From assembly GCA_016715625.1 (NCBI GenBank), contig JADJZU010000013.1, forward strand, positions 28,397 to 92,396: a DNA stretch of 64,000 nt. The letters run 5' to 3'. Numbering within the stretch: the first letter of the stretch is position 1; each line of letters begins with the position of its first letter. Shown one piece after another: positions 1-10,175 of the stretch. The stretch comes from Bacteroidota bacterium (GTDB taxonomy: Bacteria; Bacteroidota; Bacteroidia; Chitinophagales; LD1). Under the pieces are notes generated by a model. The model saw only the letters and a list, made by a program, of their open reading frames with translations. It had not been told where the DNA came from and made no database searches. Both the position numbers and the translations under genes were made by a program.

Positions 1-368
1 ACATCTTCAAGTAGAAATTTTTGATGCCCATATTGTAAGGAAGCATTGTCAACACTGTAGATAACAGTAGTTGAGTTTAATCCACCAGTTGCGTTTGCTT
101 TGAACCATCCAACTACACTAAGGTTAGGAAAGTCAAAAGCTTGCGGTAAGGCAACATAACTACCGCTGCCATTTAATGATAGCGCCTTGTTTGCCTGGTT
201 AAACCGATTTGTAGATGAAATAGGAGAGCTAATTAAACTGCCATTTAAATTATTGCCACTTATGTCATTCGCATTACCATCTAGGGGGTATTGTGCGTAG
301 GCAATTTGCGCATTAGTATGCACGCAGGTAAACAAAAGAAATAGGATTAGTAAAAAGTTGAATTTCAT
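1..368 (-). CDS. Secreted LamG (concanavalin-A-like lectin) domain protein, N-terminal fragment. The gene runs off the left edge of the window.
   Basis: My reverse-strand translation from the ATG at 366-368 gives MKFNFLLILFLLFTCVHTNAQ (signal peptide), then IAYAQYPLDGNANDISGNNLNGSLISS...ALSLNGSGSYVALPQAFDF...VVGWFKA. This resembles the LamG modules of the 1784-aa protein at 10806-16160. It is missing from the ORF track because it is truncated. Confidence 0.6.
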   Translation of the reverse strand, partial: MKFNFLLILFLLFTCVHTNAQIAYAQYPLDGNANDISGNNLNGSLISSPISSTNRFNQANKALSLNGSGSYVALPQAFDFPNLSVVGWFKANATGGLNSTTVIYSVDNASLQYGHQKFLLED

Positions 369-598
369 AAGATTGGGTTTTTGAGTTAAGTAGAATAATT
401 GTCTCTTTAATACAAATATCTTTAACTTTTTTCAAAAAAGCAACTTTTTTGAGCTCAGATATGGATTAATGGTTCGGTGAGTATGTAGTTTACCTTACAA
501 GTAAAATTTGAAACAAAAATTGATTTTCAAAATATCAATAAAACATATTCGTCTATCCTTAACAACGATAAACTAATATGGTAACTTTGAATCTCAAA

Positions 599-1151
599 AT
601 GGCAGATACACAAAACGAATCGCTGATTCAGGTGGTGGAAAAGAGCGCAGACGCTTGCTCGAATTCATCCGTAGACGTGTGCCTACCCAGGAAGATGCAG
701 AAGATGTGCTGCAAGACGTGTTTTATGAATTGGTAAACACCTATCGCCTTATGAAGCCGGTGGAGCAGATGGCTTCGTGGCTATTTACGATGGCGCGCAA
801 TAAAATTACAGATCGTTATCGCAAGAAAAAGCCCGATTCATTGGAAGAGCATTTTGCGATTCGTGCGGTGATGATGGAGACCGCCTCGACATTTCTGATT
901 TTTTGCCTGGAAAGCTGAATTCACCGGAAACAGAAATGATGCGCGAGGCCATTACTCAGGGTTTATTGCAAGCATTGGATGAGTTGCCCAAAGAGCAACG
1001 CGATGTGTTTGTGATGCATGAGATAGAGGACAAGAGTTTTCAGGAAATCGCAGAGATTACCGGTGCCAATACCAATACACTGCTATCGCGCAAGCGATAT
1101 GCCGTGTTGTATTTGCGAGAGCGTCTGCAGAATCTTTACAACGATTTGTAA
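599..1151 (+). pseudogene. ECF-type sigma-70 family sigma factor with its reading frame broken twice
   Basis: ATG at 599 gives MADTQNESLIQVVEK. The frame then changes near the A4 run at 639-642 into ...RRLLEFIRRRVPTQEDAEDVLQDVFYEL (region 2). It changes again near the T4 run at 852-855 into DSCGDDGDRLDISDFLPGKLNSPETEMMREAITQGLLQALDELPKEQRDVFVMHEIEDKSFQEIAEITGANTNTLLSRKRYAVLYLRERL (region 4 helix-turn-helix). Confidence 0.75.
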
Positions 1152-1192
1152 TCAATGAGTAGTTTGTATTTTGCCAAAACAAAAACAGGAGT

Positions 1193-1513
1193 ATGATCAA
1201 AAATATACTAAGAGGAGCGGGAATGGTTCTTCTGTTTGTAGCCGCTTTTCTACTGATGGGTTTTGCCGTGATGCATTTGTGGAATTGGCTTCTGCCAGAT
1301 TTGTTTCACTTACCACTCATCAATATCAATCAGGCTTTTGGATTAGTTATTCTATCTAAACTGCTATTTGGCGGTGTTAGAATTCATACGCTGCAGCCTA
1401 TGGGAAAGCGCAGATTGTGGAAGGCAAAATGGGAGAGCATGAGTGATGATGAGCGCGACAATTTCAAAAAGGAATTTGCAGAGCGCTGCAAGAAAAAATG
1501 GGGTAAAGAATAA
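1193..1513 (+). CDS. Small two-helix membrane protein downstream of the ECF sigma gene. It may be an anti-sigma-like partner, but no known family was recognised.
   Basis: Intact 106-aa ORF starting 42 nt after the sigma stop. It has hydrophobic segments GMVLLFVAAFLLMGFAVM and AFGLVILSKLLFGG, followed by a basic/acidic tail (RRLWKAKWESMSDDERDNFKKEFAERCKKKW). Confidence 0.5.
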   Translation: MIKNILRGAGMVLLFVAAFLLMGFAVMHLWNWLLPDLFHLPLININQAFGLVILSKLLFGGVRIHTLQPMGKRRLWKAKWESMSDDERDNFKKEFAERCKKKWGKE

Positions 1514-1521
1514 GCTTCCTA

Positions 1522-3277
1522 TCAGCACGGAATAGTGAAGCAGAATGCACATCCGTTTTCTTTACCATCCTCAATCCATATTTTCCCATTCATCTGTTCA
1601 ATAATCTTTTTGCAAATGGTAAGACCAATACCGGTGCCTTGGTATGCTTCGCGGGCATGTAGCCGCTGAAAAATATCGAATACTTTTTCGCGATATTTTT
1701 TTTCTATCCCAATTCCATTGTCGCGGAATGTAAAGAGATATGCTCCTTCTTTCTTTTCGCAGGAAATTTCCATTGTGGGGGCTGCACTTTGGTTAAACTT
1801 TATAGCGTTACCTATCAGGTTTTCAAAAAGTTGCAACATTAGTGAATGATTGGCTTTTACCTTCGGCAACACAACCGTAGAAATCCTGAAACTCTTTTTT
1901 TGCATATCGGGCCGCATAAACTCAGCGGCTTCGTTCAGCACTTTGTTTAAGTCTACAGTTTCGGTTTTTATGTCCGGATTAATCTTTGAAAGCTGCAGCA
2001 GGCTCTCTATCAAGCCATACATTCTGCTTGCTCCTTCTTTAGCAAAGTAGAGGTATTGTAGTTCGTCATCATTTAGCTTTCGGGCAACATTTTTTCAAGC
2101 AACTGCATGTAAAGGGTTACCATACGCAGTGGTTCTTTTAAATCGTGTGATGCCACGTGTGCAAATTGCCGCAGTTCCGCATTCGAAATTTCTAAGCGGT
2201 GTGTGTAAGCCTCAATCTCTATTTTTGTTTTTCAGAATGTCTGCCTCTCGCTTTCTTTTCTTCCAATTCAAAGGTCATGCGTGCATCAGAAACCGCTGAG
2301 CTCTTATCGAATTTACATATTTTCCATGTCGCGGTAATAGCGCTTATACATTTCCAAGGCACCTTTAAAATCTCTGGAAGATTCGAGCGCTTGTGCCCAC
2401 TCTTCATACAAGGTAGCCATATTGAAACTGGCCTTGGTCTCAATGGTTATATCTTCCACTTTTTGAAACAGGACCTTAGCTTCTTCAAACTTACCTTGCA
2501 GCCTTTTGCAAATACCCAGCAAAAAGTATCCGTTGGTAACAAATACGGCACTCCCCGATTTTTCAAGCAGCGATATTCCCTCGTTTACAATGCCTACCCC
2601 GGGTTCAAAGTCACCCTTCAGGCACCTTTGATAGCCTATGTTTATCAGGCTGTTTCCTTCACCTCTTTTGTCCTGCAATTCTCTGAAAATGTCAGCAGCT
2701 TGCTGATAATACTCAATCGCTTTTTTCGGTATTTCTTATTCCCGGATAATTGTTGGCATAAGAAAGATAGCACCGTGCCACACCCTGCCTGTTCCCCGCT
2801 TCGGTAAATAATTTAAATGCTTTGTCTATGTATTGCAATCGCGATTCATCCAATTCAAACTCCTTGTATAAGGTTACGTTGTTGAAATATAAACTCGCCA
2901 AAATGGTTTTGTCATCAGCACTTAGCTCATACAAACTTTCCATTATTTTAATACCCTATTCATAGGCATCACGAGCTTTTGAAAGTTCGCCAATAAAATT
3001 GTGGTTGACTCCCGCCAGGTTCAAGGCTTTTGCCTGATGCACTTTTTCGTTTATGGTTTTGCGCCAGGTTCAGCGCTTCGTATGCCAGTTCATTGGCTTT
3101 CCTGTAGTTACTTTGCTGATGGTTGTAAAAGCTGCTTAGTTCATACAAGATGCGCAATTGAAGCATCTTGTCATTACCAGCTTCGGAAATACGCTGTTCT
3201 GCTCGAGAAACAAATTCTGAAGACCGTTCTTCCTTCAGTTTTTTCAGTTCTTCTAAAATTTCGGACGCTGTTGCCAT
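1522..3277 (-). pseudogene. TPR-repeat sensor histidine kinase (TPR array, coiled coil, HisKA, HATPase_c), disrupted by about five frame changes and one in-frame TAG
   Basis: ORF-track fragments 2969-3316, 2713-2943, 2313-2678, 2219-2443 and 1522-2022 join up when re-translated. The TPR-like repeats include ALNLAQNHK, AKALNLAGVNHNFIGE, ARCYLSYANNY and NSLINIGYQRCLKGDF. The H-box is [16 protein letters not shown] (about 2110-2160). The ATPase G-boxes are RDNGIGI and GTGIGLTICKKIIE. Confidence 0.8.
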
Positions 3278-3321
3278 AAACACTTCAATACATTTTCTGC
3301 TTGCAATGGAAAACAATATAA

Positions 3322-3360
3322 CAGGAAAATAAAAAGCCCTCCCGGTTTAGCAGGAGGGCT
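3322..3360 (-). terminator. Rho-independent terminator downstream of rpoC
   Basis: The stem is AGCCCTCC (3335-3342) paired with GGAGGGCT (3353-3360). On the minus strand it is followed by TTTTTATTTTCC. It lies 24 nt after the rpoC stop. Confidence 0.7.
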
Positions 3361-3383
3361 TGTATGAACTTGTTGTGGTAATA

Positions 3384-6300
3384 TTATCCTATCAATTCTA
3401 CACCACCCTGCATTTGCTTTGCTTTTTGCTCAGCACGCTCCAGGTCTTCAGTATTGGTAACAATAATTTCCTGGAACTTGCGCAAACCTGTTCCTGCAGG
3501 AATACGGTGTCCTACAATAACGTTCTCTTTCAAACCTTCGAGGTAATCTTGCTTGGCCGCAATAGAAGCTGTGCTCAATACCTTGGTGGTTTCCTGGAAC
3601 GATGCCGCAGAAATCCATGAATGAGTAGAAAGGGATGCACGTGTAATACCTTGCAGTTTTGGAGTAGCAGTGGCGGGAGAAGCATCCTGAAACTCAACCA
3701 GCTTTTTATCGCTGCGCTTCAGTATAGAATTCTCTTCGCGCACCTGACGAAGGCTTACAATCTGTCCGGCTTTCAGGTTTTCTGAATCTCCGGCATCTGT
3801 AACTACTTTTTTGTCGAATAACTGATCGTTTACTTCCAAAAGTTCAAACTTATCAACGCTTTCGCCTTCCAGGAACTTTGTGTCGCCCGGATCTTCCACA
3901 ATCATTTTGCTCATCATTTGACGAACAATTACCTCCACGTGCTTGTCGTTGATTTTGATGCCCTGCAAGCGGTATACATCCTGAATTTCATTCACCAGGT
4001 ACTCCTGCACGGCAAATGGTCCTTTGATGCTCAGAATATCGCTTGGCGTAATAGCTCCGTCTGATAGCGGTGTGCCGGCACGAACAAAGTCTTGCTCCTG
4101 AACCAGGAAGTGTTTGGAAAGTGGAACGAGATACTTCATCACTTCTCCATCGCGGCTTTCCACAATGATTTCGCGGTTACCTCTTTTCACTCCGCCAAAT
4201 TTCACCACACCGTCAATTTCTGCTACAGTAGCCGGGTTGGAAGGATTACGAGCTTCGAACAACTCGGTAACACGTGGAAGACCTCCTGTGATATCCTTCA
4301 CTTTACCCATTACTCTCGGTATCTTGGCAATGATCTGTCCTTGTTTCACATCTTCACCGGCATCTACCACAATGTGTGCACCTACCGGCAAGCTGTATAC
4401 TTTGCCTTCTTTGCCGTGTTCAACCAAGAGGGATGGAACTTTGGTTTTGTCTTTAGACTCTATGATAACCTTCTCGCGGTGGCCGGTTTGTTCGTCCATT
4501 TCATCGCGGTAAGTAACGTTTTCTATCAAGTGTTCAAACTTGATTTTACCGTTTACTTCAGAAATGATAACGTTGTTATACGGATCCCACTTACAAATCA
4601 GGTCGCCCTTTTTAACGGACTTACCATCTTTTACACTGATTTGAGAACCGTAAGGAATGTGGTGCGAAATCAACACTTTGTCCGGGTTGTCGTCTTTTAC
4701 AATTCTCAACTCGCCGGTTCTGCCGATAACGATGTTTATCTTCTCACCATTTTCATCTACAGTTGTTGTGGTTCTTACACCGTCAAACTGAACAATACCA
4801 TCAAACTTCACAGTAATCTGCGACTCTGATGTGCCCACGCTCGCGATACCTCCCACGTGGAAAGTACGGAGTGTCAACTGTGTTCCCGGTTCACCGATAC
4901 TTTGAGCAGCAATGATACCCACTGCATCGCCATTTTCGGCTAAGCGGTTGGTGGCGAGATTTCTACCGTAGCATTTTACGCAACAGCCTTTTCTGCTTTC
5001 GCAGGTAAGCACCGAGCGGATTTCTACCGCATCAATACCCGATTCGTTGATGCGTTTAGCAGTTACCTCATCAATGTGCTGTCCGGATGAAGCCAGAAGC
5101 TCATCTGTTTCCGGGTGGTATACATCATTCAAAGAAGTTCTTCCCAGAATTCGATCATACAGTGGTTCAAGAATATCCTCATTGTCTTTCAATGCAGAAA
5201 CCGAAATCCCTCTCAAAGTACCACAATCTTCTTCAGTAATAACAACGTCTTGTGCAACGTCTACAAGTCTTCTGGTCAGGTAACCGGCATCAGCTGTTTT
5301 AAGAGCCGTATCAGAAAGACCTTTACGAGCACCGTGTGTAGAGATGAAGTATTCCAATACCGACAAACCTTCTTTAAAGTTTGCCAATACCGGGTTTTCA
5401 ATTACCTCGCTTCCGGTAGAACCGGATTTACGTGGCTTAGCCATAATACCTCTCATACCGGAGAGCTGCTTAATCTGTTGCTTGCTACCACGCGCCCCTG
5501 AATCCAACATCATGAAGATAGAGTTGAAGCCCTGACGGTCTTCAGAAATCTGCTTCATCAAGGTATTGGTCAAGCGGTTGTCCGTTGCGGTCCAGATATC
5601 TACGACCTGATTGAAACGCTCTTTGTCGGTGATAAAACCATTCTGGTAGCTTTCAAAAATTTCGTCTACTCTTTCCTGCGCTTGTGCTACCAGTCTTTCT
5701 TTATTCTCCGGCACCACCACATCTTTCAGGTTGAAACTCAATCCTCCTTTAAACGAGTAGTAGAAACCTAATTTCTTAATGTCGTCAAGGAATTTAGCAG
5801 TGGTAGGAATGTCTGTTTCAGCCAAAATCTGACCGATTACATCTTTCAATTGTTTTTTACCCAACAAGCGGTTTACGTAGCCTACTTTTTCAGGAACAGC
5901 TTGGTTGAAAATGATTCTGCCTAAGGTGGTTTCAATCAATTTATTAACCAAATTGCCTTTATCATCCTTTACATTCAGCTTACATTTTACTGCAGCATGT
6001 AATTCTACTTTGCCTTCGTTGTAAGCAATCATCGCTTCTTCTACACCATAAAAGCCAATCCTTCGCCTTTCACTTTCTCCTCTTTGGTGCTGCGCTTTTC
6101 TTTGGTCATGTAATACAGACCAAGCACCATGTCCTGCGATGGAAGGGTGATAGGTGTTCCGTTTTGCGGATTTAGAATGTTATGGGCAGATAACATGAGC
6201 ATCTGCGCCTCCAGAATAGCGGCATTGCTCAGTGGCACGTGAACGGCCATTTGGTCACCGTCAAAGTCAGCGTTGAACGCTGTACAAACCAACGGGTGAA

Positions 6301-7726
6301 GTTGAATCGCTTTTCCTTCAATCAGTTTTGGAACAAACGATTGAATAGACAAACGGTGAAGGGTAGGAGCACGATTCAAAAGCACCGGGTGTCCTTTCAA
6401 TACATTTTCTAGGATATCCCAAATAACCGGTTCTTTTTTGTCTACCAGTTTCTTGGCGCTCTTTACGGTTTTTACAATACCTCTTTCAATCAGCTTGCGT
6501 ATAATAAACGGTTTGAATAACTCTGCCGCCATATCTTTTGGAAGACCGCACTCGTGCAGTTTCAATTCAGGTCCTACCACAATTACCGAACGGCCGGAGT
6601 AGTCCACACGCTTACCCAACAGATTTTGACGGAAACGACCTTGCTTTCCTTTCAATACATCTGAGAGCGACTTTAACTGACGGCCTCCTTCTGCTTTTAC
6701 AGCATTGGATTTACGAGAGTTGTCGAACAAAGAGTCAACCGCTTCCTGCAACATCCGTTTTTCGTTGCGCAAAATCACTTCCGGAGCTTTGATGTCTACC
6801 AGTCTTTTCAAACGGTTGTTACGGATAATAACTCTGCGGTATAAGTCATTTAAATCGGAAGAGGCAAAACGACCGCCATCCAATGGCACCAAAGGACGTA
6901 ATTCAGGCGGGATAACCGGCAAGTGTTGAACTACCATCCATTCGGGTTTGTTCTCCGTGTGCTCGTTGGCTTCGCGGAAAAGTTCAACTACGCTCAAGCG
7001 CTTCAGGGCTTCTGATTTACGCTGGCGCGAAGTTTCGTTGGCCGCAGCGTGACGCAACTGGTAGGAAAGTTCATCCAGGTTGATGCGCGAAAGCAAATCC
7101 TTGATAGCTTCGGCACCCATCTTGGCTATAAATTTATTGGGGTCTGTATCTTCCAGCAGGTGGTTGTTTTTCAACTCCTCATTTTCGAACACAGAACTGA
7201 ATTCTTCTTCAGAGAGTAGGTCTAAGTAGGCCAATTTCTTGCGCTCTTCACCTTTCTCTGTCATTACTGTAATTTCATTGGCAGCAGCACCGGGTTGGAT
7301 AACTACATAGCGCTCGTAGTATACCACGCTCTCCATTTTCTTGGAGCTGATTCCCAGCAGGTAGCCAATTTTGTTTGGCAGCGATTTAAAGTACCAAATG
7401 TGTACAATAGGCACCGTCAATTTAATGTGTCCGGTACGATCTCTGCGCACTTTCTTTTCTGTTACTTCCACACCGCAACGGTCGCACACGATGCCTTTAT
7501 AACGAATACGCTTGTATTTGCCGCAGTAGCACTCGTAGTCTTTGGTGGGTCCAAAAACACGCTCGCAAAACAAACCTTCCATTTCTGGCTTGTAAGTACG
7601 ATAGTTGATGGTTTCCGGTTTCTTGATTTCACCATTAGAACGACCGAGGATAGCATCGGGCGAGGCGAGCATGATGGTGATTTTTGAAAAATCAGCTCTT
7701 TTAGTGTTGTCTTTTTTAAATGCCAT
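3384..7726 (-). CDS. rpoC: DNA-directed RNA polymerase beta-prime subunit, read as two ORFs because of a 1-nt frame break near 6050
   Basis: The N-terminal ORF has the zinc motif [35 protein letters not shown] and the catalytic motif [16 protein letters not shown]. The C-terminal ORF has [27 protein letters not shown] and [34 protein letters not shown]. The junction reads GLAF(Y)[12 protein letters not shown] if one T is added. Confidence 0.93.
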
Positions 7727-7889
7727 TGTTTAAAAACTTAAAGTGATAAATAGAATAGCGAAACGACCGAAATGCCCCTTTTTTCAGAGGGAAATTTTTA
7801 TAAAACGAAACGCTGAGTAATCAATTTCGCGCCTACCGGCTTGCATACTTTTGATTGAAGAGAACAGCTGCTCTATAAAAACGGGAGCG

Positions 7890-7919
7890 CAAATATAGCA
7901 TTAGGCCCGATACGGGCAA
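7890..7919 (-). promoter_or_regulatory. Candidate Bacteroidota sigma-A promoter (-33 TTG, 19-nt spacer, -7 TATATTTG) driving rpoC
   Basis: The minus strand reads cTTGcccgtatcgggcctaatgcTATATTTG. The TTG is at 7919-7917 and the TAnnTTTG box at 7897-7890, with exactly 19 nt between them. It sits in the 240-bp gap between the SMR-like gene and rpoC and implies a leader of roughly 150 nt. Confidence 0.4.
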
Positions 7920-7966
7920 GGGTAACGGTAAATTTAGCGGGAACCGATTTGGAGCACCAGGAGAAA

Positions 7967-8293
7967 CTATTTGAGCGATACCATTACCACGCCAGCCGTT
8001 ATTACAAAGATACCCGCTACCCGGAGCGGGGTCACCTGCTCACCAAATCCAAAATGCGCTATCAAAAAAAGCCCTACGATGGTGAGTGAAAAGAAAATAG
8101 CGCTGGCTACCTGCAAAGGAATTTCTTTCAGGCATTCTGTAAAAAGCACCGAATTGATGAGTCCAAAAACGAGTCCCAAAGCCAGATAGCCCCATTTTTT
8201 GAATGGCACCCCATCGTTCATGGCCGATAGGTTGAATCCTACGTTGGTTAGAATATTGAAAAGGATGGAGGAATAGAGAAATATGTATTTCAT
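7967..8293 (-). CDS. Small DMT-superfamily (SMR/EamA-like) membrane protein
   Basis: 108 aa that is almost entirely hydrophobic, with about four predicted helices (ILFNILTNVGF, YLALGLVFGLINSVLF, ASAIFFSLTIVGLFLIAHF, VAGIFVITAGVVMV). Confidence 0.5.
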   Translation of the reverse strand: MKYIFLYSSILFNILTNVGFNLSAMNDGVPFKKWGYLALGLVFGLINSVLFTECLKEIPLQVASAIFFSLTIVGLFLIAHFGFGEQVTPLRVAGIFVITAGVVMVSLK

Positions 8294-8301
8294 GGCGAGG
8301 T

Positions 8302-8514
8302 TTATCCGGCAACGAGCACTGTTTTTCCCGCGAACTGAACTTTGTCGCCCGGGCGTAGCTTTTTTCGCTTTTGTATCTCAATCACACCGTTCACCTTCAC
8401 CTTTGCCCTCACAATGGCTTCGTTGGCCTCGCCACCGCTTTCGGTTAGCTGCAGTAATTTGAGTAGTTTGTTCAACTCAATGTATTCCTGATTTTCGAGG
8501 GTAAAAGTTTGCAT
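8302..8514 (-). CDS. S4-domain RNA-binding protein (YbcJ-like)
   Basis: 70 aa. The sequence ...ELNKLLKLLQLTESGGEANEAIVRAKVKVNGVIEIQKRKKLRPGDKVQF matches the small S4/YbcJ pattern. Confidence 0.65.
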   Translation of the reverse strand: MQTFTLENQEYIELNKLLKLLQLTESGGEANEAIVRAKVKVNGVIEIQKRKKLRPGDKVQFAGKTVLVAG

Positions 8515-8525
8515 TGTTTGTTCGT

Positions 8526-10046
8526 TTAATGTCGAAAGTGACGCACTCCAGTGGTTACCATCGCCAGATTAAACTGGTTAGCTGCATCTATAGAGTCCTG
8601 GTCCTTAATGCTGCCTCCCGGCTGCGCAATAGCAGTAATGCCGGCTTCAGCAGCTATGGTTACGCAATCGGGAAAAGGGAAGAACGCATCGCTGGCCATC
8701 ACTGCCCCCGAAAGGTCAAATCCAAACTCTTTTGCTTTTTTGATTGCATTATTAAGTGCATCTACACGCGAAGTTTGTCCGCAGTTGCTTCCAATCAGTT
8801 GCTTGTTTTTAACCAAGGCAATACCGTTGCTTTTTAGATGCTTTACTGCTATGATAGCGAATTCAAGGTCCGATATTTCCACTTTTGAGGGAGATTTATC
8901 GGTGACATGTTTAAATGCATCTTGTTTTTCGGCACGCAAATCATTTTCCTGTTCCAGCACACCATTTAAGAGTCTCTTGAAAATTTTTGTAGTGGGGGTA
9001 TGTTGCTTTGTCTTCAGTAGGATTCTGTTCTTCTTGCTTTTCAGAAGTGTCAATGCATCTTCATCGTAGCCTGGCGCGGATAATACCTCAAAAAAAAGTG
9101 TGTTTAACTCGGTGGCAGTGGCCAGGTCAATAACCCTGTTAGCTGCAATTACACCGCCAAATGCAGAGGTGGTATCACAGGCAAATGCCGCTTTGTATGC
9201 CTCGCAAATAGAATCACGCGATGCCAGCCCGCAACTGTTGGTGTGTTTGATAATAGCCACCGTAGGCTCCGAAAACTCCGCTATGAGATTCAAAGAGGCT
9301 TCTACATCTACCAGATTGTTGTAAGAAAGCTCTTTACCGTTTAAAGTTTCAAATACCTCGGTCAAATTGCCGTAGAAAACGCCACGCTGATGGGGGTTTT
9401 CGCCATAGCGAAGCACGTGGCCGCTAAGCTCACTCTGTTTAAATACTTCGAAATTAAAATCACGGTTGAAGTAGTTAAATATATGTGTGTCGTAATGTGA
9501 GGAGGTCATAAATGCTCTTGCGGCAAATTCTTTTCTGTCAGCCAAATCTGTTTCTCCGGCTTTTGTTTGCAATAGCTCCAACAGTTTACCGTAATCATTT
9601 CTGGAGGCTACAATGAGGGTGTCGTTGTAATTTTTAGCAGCTGCACGTATAAGCGAAATTCCACCAATATCTATCTTCTCAATAATGTCTTCTTCGCTGC
9701 CCCCGGCTTTCACTGTTTCTTCAAAAGGGTATAAATCCACAATGACCAAATCAATTTCCGGTATTTCATATTGAGCCATTTCCTTTTGGTCGTTCGGGTT
9801 ATTTCTTCTACCCAAAATGCCACCAAAAACTTTTGGGTGAAGCGTTTTTACCCGCCCTCCCAAAATAGACGGATAGGAGGTGAGATCTTCTACGGCAGTG
9901 ACCGGAATCCCCAATCCTTCAATAAAACTTTGTGTTCCTCCGGTGCTGTAAATTTTCACACCTAATTTGTTTAGCTCCTGCACAATTAAGTCGAGGTGAT
10001 CTTTGTAATAAACGGAGATGAGTGCCGATGCAATTTTTTTGCCCAT
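8526..10046 (-). CDS. purH: Bifunctional AICAR formyltransferase / IMP cyclohydrolase
   Basis: 506 aa with ALISVYYKDHLDLIV...YSTGGT, GGRVKTLHPKVFGGIL, IDLVIVDLYPF, IDIGGISLIRAAAKN and a C-terminal VTTGVRHFRH. Confidence 0.93.
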   Translation of the reverse strand: MGKKIASALISVYYKDHLDLIVQELNKLGVKIYSTGGTQSFIEGLGIPVTAVEDLTSYPSILGGRVKTLHPKVFGGILGRRNNPNDQKEMAQYEIPEIDLVIVDLYPFEETVKAGGSEEDIIEKIDIGGISLIRAAAKNYNDTLIVASRNDYGKLLELLQTKAGETDLADRKEFAARAFMTSSHYDTHIFNYFNRDFNFEVFKQSELSGHVLRYGENPHQRGVFYGNLTEVFETLNGKELSYNNLVDVEASLNLIAEFSEPTVAIIKHTNSCGLASRDSICEAYKAAFACDTTSAFGGVIAANRVIDLATATELNTLFFEVLSAPGYDEDALTLLKSKKNRILLKTKQHTPTTKIFKRLLNGVLEQENDLRAEKQDAFKHVTDKSPSKVEISDLEFAIIAVKHLKSNGIALVKNKQLIGSNCGQTSRVDALNNAIKKAKEFGFDLSGAVMASDAFFPFPDCVTIAAEAGITAIAQPGGSIKDQDSIDAANQFNLAMVTTGVRHFRH

Positions 10047-10175
10047 AGTAGTATTCAGTGTTGAGGATTTAGCCGAATGGAAGACAGCCGCGAATGTATT
10101 TGCCTGATTGGGATTTCTGTTTGTCGTCTGCCAATATTTAGTAACAGTTTTTCAACGAAAAACGGAGACGGTTGC

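Noticed and set aside
582-589. TAACTTTG, a TAnnTTTG-type -7 box 10 nt upstream of the sigma-factor ATG.
   Set aside because: There is no TTG at the expected -33 position, and the box would imply an almost leaderless transcript. This is too weak to call.
4092-7687. Several 60-245 aa plus-strand ORFs within rpoC.
   Set aside because: rpoC on the minus strand is unambiguous. The antisense ORFs have no recognisable features.
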